DNA from: an uncultured Pelagibacteraceae bacterium
Lineage (GTDB): Bacteria > Pseudomonadota > Alphaproteobacteria > Pelagibacterales > Pelagibacteraceae
DNA length: 64,000 nt
Assembly (NCBI GenBank): GCA_902532195.1
Contig: CACAHE010000001.1
Span: forward strand, 48,521 to 112,520
Direction: 5' to 3'
The notes beneath the pieces were generated by a model. The model worked only from the letters and a program-made list of their open reading frames with translations, did not search any database and was not told the DNA's origin. Shown piece by piece: positions 58,717-64,000 of this stretch (its first letter is position 1; every line of letters starts with the position of its first letter). The position numbers and the translations under genes were made by a program.

Positions 58717-59628
58717 ATGAAAAAAAATGTTATTGTTTCTCTAGCTGATTCAAATTATTTTAATCTTTTAAATGAACTAGTCGATTCTATAAAACGCTTT
58801 CAAGAAAGTTCAGAAATATCAATTTGCATACTAGATGCAGGAATGTCAGAAAAACAAAAAACAGAATTATCAAAAAAAGTAGATTTAATTAAAAGTGCTA
58901 ATTGGGACATACATGTTCCAAACTATAAAGTTATGGGTAAAGAATGGTTAAAAAGTCAAGTCTCTAGAGCATTTCTTCCAAACTACTTTCCTGATTATGA
59001 TAAATATCTTTGGATAGATTGTGATGCTTGGGTTCAAGACTGGTCAGCTGTAGAACTATATTTTAAGGCTTGTGAAAATGGAAAATTAGGAATTACTCAA
59101 TCCATGGGACCAGGTTATAAAGTAATGTCCAAAGCTAAATGGATTTTTAACAAATTTGCAATTATAAAATCACAAAATTTTAAGCACGCTATTAGCTCTA
59201 AAATTGATATTGAAAAAGCAAGAAAACTTGCGTTTGCACCCCATATTAATATTGGTGTATTTTCACTAGAAAAAAATTCTCCTTGTTGGGAAATTTGGCA
59301 AAAAAATTTAAAACAAACACTTAAAGCTGGAAAAGTTTTTGGATCAGAAGGATTAGCTATTAATATGAGTGTTTATATTGATGAAGTGAATACAGAATTT
59401 TTGCCGTTAAATTGTAATTGGATAGTAAGTAATTTATTGCCAAAATATGATGAAAAAAATAATAAATTTGTTGAGCCCTTTTTACCAAATTATATAATTG
59501 GAATTGTTCACCTTGCCGCCGGAGTATGGAAAAATAATAAGGATATGAGAATAGATAAATCTATCGAAGTAGAAATCAAAACACTGGAAAATAAAAATAT
59601 TTTAAAGACTCTAAGGTACTCAAAATAA
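58717..59628 (+). CDS. GT-A glycosyltransferase (GT8-like)
   Basis: YLWIDCDAW DxD, INIGV, IVHLA. Confidence 0.7.
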   Translation: MKKNVIVSLADSNYFNLLNELVDSIKRFQESSEISICILDAGMSEKQKTELSKKVDLIKSANWDIHVPNYKVMGKEWLKSQVSRAFLPNYFPDYDKYLWIDCDAWVQDWSAVELYFKACENGKLGITQSMGPGYKVMSKAKWIFNKFAIIKSQNFKHAISSKIDIEKARKLAFAPHINIGVFSLEKNSPCWEIWQKNLKQTLKAGKVFGSEGLAINMSVYIDEVNTEFLPLNCNWIVSNLLPKYDEKNNKFVEPFLPNYIIGIVHLAAGVWKNNKDMRIDKSIEVEIKTLENKNILKTLRYSK

Positions 59629-60249
59629 TTGAAAAAAAATAAAATATCTAAAAACTGGCTAAATAAACAAAGAAATGACATTTATATTAAAAGATCTAAA
59701 ATAGAGGGATATAGATCAAGGGCTGTATATAAACTAGAAGAAATTAATAAAAAATACAAAATTTTTAAAAATGGAATTAAAGTAGTTGACCTAGGAGCTG
59801 CGCCTGGAAGTTGGTCACAATATGTATCAAAAAATGTAAAAAATGCAAAGATTGCAGCAATAGACCTCAAAGAAATTGAATTAGTTGAAAATACATTTTT
59901 TATTAAAGGAAATTTTGTTGATAAACAAAACCAAAAAAAAATTAAAGAATATTTTAAAGGTAAGGTTGATGTTGTGCTTTCAGATATGGCGGCAAATACA
60001 ACAGGAAATAAAAGTATTGATTCTATTGTAATAGGCGAACTATGTATAGATGCTTTAGAATTTTCAAAAAATATTTTACAAACCGATGGACGATTTGTCT
60101 CAAAAATTTTTATGGGATCATCGTTTAATGAGATTATTGCTATAGCCAAAAAAATATTTAAAGAAGTGCATATTTTTAAACCTCAATCTAGTAGAAAAGA
60201 GTCCAAAGAGAGCTTTTTAGTTTGTAAGAATTTGTTAAAATATAATTAA
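59629..60249 (+). CDS. rlmE: 23S rRNA Um2552 methyltransferase
   Basis: YRSRAVYKL, DLGAAPGSW, LSDMA, KP.SSR.ES.E. Confidence 0.94.
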   Translation: MKKNKISKNWLNKQRNDIYIKRSKIEGYRSRAVYKLEEINKKYKIFKNGIKVVDLGAAPGSWSQYVSKNVKNAKIAAIDLKEIELVENTFFIKGNFVDKQNQKKIKEYFKGKVDVVLSDMAANTTGNKSIDSIVIGELCIDALEFSKNILQTDGRFVSKIFMGSSFNEIIAIAKKIFKEVHIFKPQSSRKESKESFLVCKNLLKYN

Positions 60250-60304
60250 TATAAATTTTAAAAACATTTTGAATAAACTATGATACATAATGTATAAAAA
60301 ATTT

Positions 60305-60736
60305 ATGAAAATTAAAAATTATTTATTTGTTCTTTTAATTTCTATTCTTCCTTTTTCAGCTGCTGCAAATGAGAATTTTTTTGAAGAAGCAAGAAAATTA
60401 TTTGACAATAAGGATTATGAAAATTCTAAATTTTTATTTCAAAGAAATATAGTTTTTAATCCCAAAGATGCAAAATCTTATTTATATTTAGCAAAAATTT
60501 TTCAAGTAGAAGAAAATAATAGTGAACTTGAAAAAAATCTTGATACTGCTCTTTTATTAGAACCCGACAACGAGATTGCAATGTATATGTTAATAGACAT
60601 TGAACTTAAAAAATCTAATTTTACAAAAGTTAAAGAATTAAATAAAAAGTTTAAATTAATATGCTCTTCACTTTGTCCAAAAATAAGTTTAATAAATGAG
60701 AGATTAAAAAATTTTCAAGAAAAGAATGATTCTTAG
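60305..60736 (+). CDS. Small exported TPR protein
   Basis: Signal peptide and TPR-like helices (NPKDAKSYLYLA, LEPDN). Confidence 0.7.
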   Translation: MKIKNYLFVLLISILPFSAAANENFFEEARKLFDNKDYENSKFLFQRNIVFNPKDAKSYLYLAKIFQVEENNSELEKNLDTALLLEPDNEIAMYMLIDIELKKSNFTKVKELNKKFKLICSSLCPKISLINERLKNFQEKNDS

Positions 60737-61344
60737 AAATATTTAATAAATTTTTCATTTATTTTTAAAACCTCTAAATCAACTAAACCACCGATAATTA
60801 ATTGAATAGCTACAATTAAAATAAAACCTAAACCAACATATGCTATCCAAAGATGTTTTTGTATATAGTTTGCTAAATAAGTTGCACCCGCACCAGTTAA
60901 AACTACTGAAAGGACTAATCCAAAAATCATAAAGCCAAAATATCCTTTTGCAGCACCAACAACTCCGATTACATTATCAAAGCTAATTGTAATGTCTGCA
61001 AATAATACCTTATAAACACTTTGTATATATGAAGGTTCTTTAGATTGTTTTGTTGGAGATTTAATTCTTTTTATTTCAAATAAATCTTTTCTTAAATCAT
61101 TGACTATCCAAATTAAAAGAAGGCCGCCAAGAATTTTTATAAAATAAAACTTGAATAAGTAAGTTGCAAAAAGTGCAAATATAATTTTAAAAACTAGTGC
61201 TCCTGCAACTCCCCACAAAATAATTTTTTTTCTATTTCTTGGAACAAAACTTGCAGCAATCAACCCAATAATTATTGCATTATCAGCAGCTAATATTATA
61301 TCTATGAATATTATTTGAATTAAAATTATTGATTGTTCTACCAA
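60733..61344 (-). CDS. TerC/YjbE-family membrane protein
   Basis: DIILAADNAIII, ADITISFDNV. Confidence 0.85.
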   Translation of the reverse strand: MVEQSIILIQIIFIDIILAADNAIIIGLIAASFVPRNRKKIILWGVAGALVFKIIFALFATYLFKFYFIKILGGLLLIWIVNDLRKDLFEIKRIKSPTKQSKEPSYIQSVYKVLFADITISFDNVIGVVGAAKGYFGFMIFGLVLSVVLTGAGATYLANYIQKHLWIAYVGLGFILIVAIQLIIGGLVDLEVLKINEKFIKYF

Positions 61345-61507
61345 AGTAAATTTATTTTATATTAAATTTTTATCAAATCAATGATAACTATCCAATTTGG
61401 GTTTTATTATTACAATATAGCTGATTTTTTTAACTCTGGTTAAATTTGTCTTTTAAAAAGTCTAATTAAATCTATGATTTTGTGAATTTTATATAGGAGG
61501 AGATAAT

Positions 61508-62959
61508 ATGAGCAGATCTAAGAAGCTCTACAATTCAGATTTAGCACCTACACCAAGTAGTAAAAAAAATTGGGGTTGGTTTGAAATCTTTAACGTATGG
61601 GCAAATGATGTACAAAGTTTATTTGGATATACTCTTGCAGCATCATTATTCTTGGCATCAGGACTAAATGGCTGGGCAGTTTTTCTTGCTTTAATACTTG
61701 CAGGATTTTTTATTATGTGGCTAGTCAATTTATCTGGAAAGCCAAGTGTAAAACATGGAATTCCTTATCCAGTTTTTGCTAGAGTTAGTATGGGTGTATT
61801 CGGAGCAAACTTTCCGGCTATGGCCAGAGGACTTGTAGCGATGTTCTGGTATGGAGCACAAACTTATGCAGCATCAACAGCTGTAGCGTTATTATTAACA
61901 TCATTAACAGGAGCAACTGGTGGTGGAGAATTTTTAGGGATGAGTTCAATTATGTGGATCTCTTTTATATTTGTTTCTCTGTTTCAAATCTATTTGTTCT
62001 GGCAAGGAGTTGATCTAATTAGAAGATTTTTAAACTTTGCTGGTCCAGCAGTATATGTAGTTATGCTAGTATTAATGATAGCAATTTGGGCAAAAGCTGG
62101 TGGTGGACTTTTATCAGAAGTTGGAAATATATTTTCAGGAGGAGCACGTTCAGGAGGTTTTGAAGGTTTAGGATCTTTTGCTGCTTTCTTGGCGGTATTT
62201 TCAATAATGGTAGGATACTTCGCTGCTGTAGTGATTAACTTTGGTGACTTTGCTAGATTTGTAAAAAATGAAGATGAAATGAAAAAAGGAAACCTATGGG
62301 GCTTAGTAGGTAATGTCGTATTTTTCTCATTCATTACACTAATGATTACAGGTGGAACCATTGCAGTTTTTGGTGAGTACGTTGCGCAACCAACTGATAT
62401 GGTGGCAAAAGTAGATAATATGGTTTTAACTATTGTTGCAGCATTTGCATTTTTTGCAGCAACAGTTGGTATAAACATGGTTGCTAACTTTATTCCCCCA
62501 GCATATGACTTAGCTAATTTAATGCCTGACAAAATTAATTTTAGAACAGGTGGTTTAATTACAGCTATTTGTGGTTTTGTTGTAGGTGGCTTATGGGTTT
62601 CAGTGATTACACAAATGGGAATGTTTCCTTTTGTAAATACACTTGGAGCAATATTAGCACCTGTGTTTGGAATTATGATCACCGACTATTACATTATTAA
62701 AAAAGAAAAACTTAATGTTGATGATCTGTTTAGTGACAGACCTGGAGGCAAATATCATTACAATGGTGGTTTTAACCAAAAAGGAATGATTGCTTGGATT
62801 CTATCTGGTTATGTTGCTGTTGGATCTGTTTGGCCAAATATTTTGCCAGGAGCATTAGGTGATTTCTTCTCTGGTTTAGGTGGAGGAGGAGGCTACGCTT
62901 GGATTATTGGTGCTGCTTTAGGCGCAATTGTTCATCTAGCAATCTCTAATAGAAAATAA
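61508..62959 (+). CDS. NCS1 nucleobase/allantoin:cation symporter
   Basis: LYNSDLAP, GIPYPV..R..MG.FGA, INFGDFARF, GIMITDYY; RBS AGGAGG. Confidence 0.9.
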   Translation: MSRSKKLYNSDLAPTPSSKKNWGWFEIFNVWANDVQSLFGYTLAASLFLASGLNGWAVFLALILAGFFIMWLVNLSGKPSVKHGIPYPVFARVSMGVFGANFPAMARGLVAMFWYGAQTYAASTAVALLLTSLTGATGGGEFLGMSSIMWISFIFVSLFQIYLFWQGVDLIRRFLNFAGPAVYVVMLVLMIAIWAKAGGGLLSEVGNIFSGGARSGGFEGLGSFAAFLAVFSIMVGYFAAVVINFGDFARFVKNEDEMKKGNLWGLVGNVVFFSFITLMITGGTIAVFGEYVAQPTDMVAKVDNMVLTIVAAFAFFAATVGINMVANFIPPAYDLANLMPDKINFRTGGLITAICGFVVGGLWVSVITQMGMFPFVNTLGAILAPVFGIMITDYYIIKKEKLNVDDLFSDRPGGKYHYNGGFNQKGMIAWILSGYVAVGSVWPNILPGALGDFFSGLGGGGGYAWIIGAALGAIVHLAISNRK

Positions 62960-62973
62960 TTTAAATTAAGATT

Positions 62974-63004
62974 AAACCCGTCGTAAATTTTATGCGACGG
63001 GTTT
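62974..63004. terminator. Bidirectional terminator between convergent genes
   Basis: AAACCCGTCGTA...TGCGACGGGTTT. Confidence 0.8.
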
Positions 63005-63497
63005 AGTATTTCAGGACAATTTTTTTTTCCTCTAAATTTTCAATAACTAAATTTTCCCCTGATCCTTTTCTATCTACTACTAAAAAATTCATATTCTCAG
63101 TAGATATTAAAGGAAAATGCCATGTTCCAGGTTTATAGTTTATTCCTATACCAGGAGGCACGATAAATGATTGAATTTTTTCAATTACAGGGCTATCTCC
63201 TTTGGGCGCAACAAGTACAAGAAAAGTAGTTTCTTTCATTGGAATAAATGCTTGGCTACCTAAAGGATGTTTTTCCATCATATCAATTTTCATTGGAAAA
63301 TTTCTTTTTAAAGCAGAGAATATAGAAATTGTAGCTTCACCATTTTGTTCTTTGGTATCTAAATTTGCAATACCATCAAATCTTTTTGCATAACCGTTAT
63401 TTATTTCAATCGGTTTAATATCTTTAGTTGTAATAACATCACCGAACTCAGAAAAGTTAGATTTATTTATCGGTTTTGGATTAATGATTGTTTCCAT
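63003..63497 (-). CDS. allA: Ureidoglycolate lyase
   Basis: F..FGDVI, INNG, MEKHPLGSQAFIP, G.NY..GTWH, FLVVDR. Confidence 0.92.
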   Translation of the reverse strand: METIINPKPINKSNFSEFGDVITTKDIKPIEINNGYAKRFDGIANLDTKEQNGEATISIFSALKRNFPMKIDMMEKHPLGSQAFIPMKETTFLVLVAPKGDSPVIEKIQSFIVPPGIGINYKPGTWHFPLISTENMNFLVVDRKGSGENLVIENLEEKKIVLKY

Positions 63498-64000
63498 TAA
63501 ATAATCTTCCCAAATGCTCTAATTCTTGAAATTCCCCCATCAGGAAAAATATTAATTTTTATATAGTTTATTTTTTTATTTTTCATCGATTTATTTTTAA
63601 AATTATGTTTTTTATTTGCAAAAAGCTTAACTTTATTTAATAAAAATTTCCATTTTTTTGAATTATTTATTATTGATTTACTAGAAATTTTTCTATCGAT
63701 GTATGCCCCCTGGACAGAACATCTATCTGGGTAGTTACCTTTAAAGTGATGAGTATCAATTTGAATATTTTTAATTTTACCAGGTGCAGCACATTTAATT
63801 ATTAACCAATCAACATTTTTTCCTCTACTTCTTCTTGTTTCCCATCCATCTCCCATATTTTTACCAATTCCAGGAGCAAGAATATTTTCTGCTCTCCCAA
63901 AATGCTCATTATTACATACTATTGGTGTGGCTCCATTTAAAACCGAAGTAAGGTTAAAAGTTTTTTTTCCAAATTTTTTTTTAATATCCATCGATCCATA
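63497..64000 (-). CDS. alc: Allantoicase, C-terminal repeat (runs off the window edge)
   Basis: MGDGWETRRSR, DT.HFKGNYP, PDGGISRIR; frame open to 64000. Confidence 0.9.
   Translation of the reverse strand, partial: YGSMDIKKKFGKKTFNLTSVLNGATPIVCNNEHFGRAENILAPGIGKNMGDGWETRRSRGKNVDWLIIKCAAPGKIKNIQIDTHHFKGNYPDRCSVQGAYIDRKISSKSIINNSKKWKFLLNKVKLFANKKHNFKNKSMKNKKINYIKINIFPDGGISRIRAFGKII

Noticed and set aside
59682-60149. 155-aa minus-strand ORF and similar short antisense or nested ORFs (e.g. 35852, 57873, 56348, 8200, 55693)
   Set aside because: They overlap well-supported genes and show no protein-like motifs
61990-62682. 230-aa minus-strand ORF
   Set aside because: Antisense shadow of the NCS1 permease
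1-64000. Prophage, IS or integrase genes
   Set aside because: No transposase, recombinase or phage structural motifs recognised in any ORF

Overview
Very AT-rich, densely packed alphaproteobacterial DNA, almost certainly Pelagibacterales (SAR11). This call rests on ccrM, the atpIBEF'F-crtIBY-blh-ispH block, a free-standing blue-tuned proteorhodopsin and a SAM-II/SAM-V riboswitch pair on bhmT. Most of the window is core genome. Two segments are fused at ~23,087-23,090, where thrC and ligA are both cut off at their 5' ends, which is probably an MDA or assembly chimera. The most striking unexplained structure is at 19.8-21.9 kb. Three direct copies of a motif resembling the 3' hairpin of the alphaproteobacterial two-piece tmRNA delimit two tandem units: riboswitches plus bhmT, and a 661-bp unit with one membrane-protein gene. 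The 661-bp unit carries 3+2 copies of ACTATGTAC(C/T) placed 47 and 45 bp inside its core repeats, resembling the attL/attR of a tyrosine-integrase element, but with no integrase. Other points of interest are an apparently hinge-less 798-aa SMC, a B12 islet (radical SAM, AdoCbl-variant riboswitch, BtuB, BtuM), a LexA/GANTC/DnaA-box cluster at umuD, GANTC sites in the ccrM promoter and an unannotated 41-aa ORF. All assignments come from reading motifs by eye; no searches were run.
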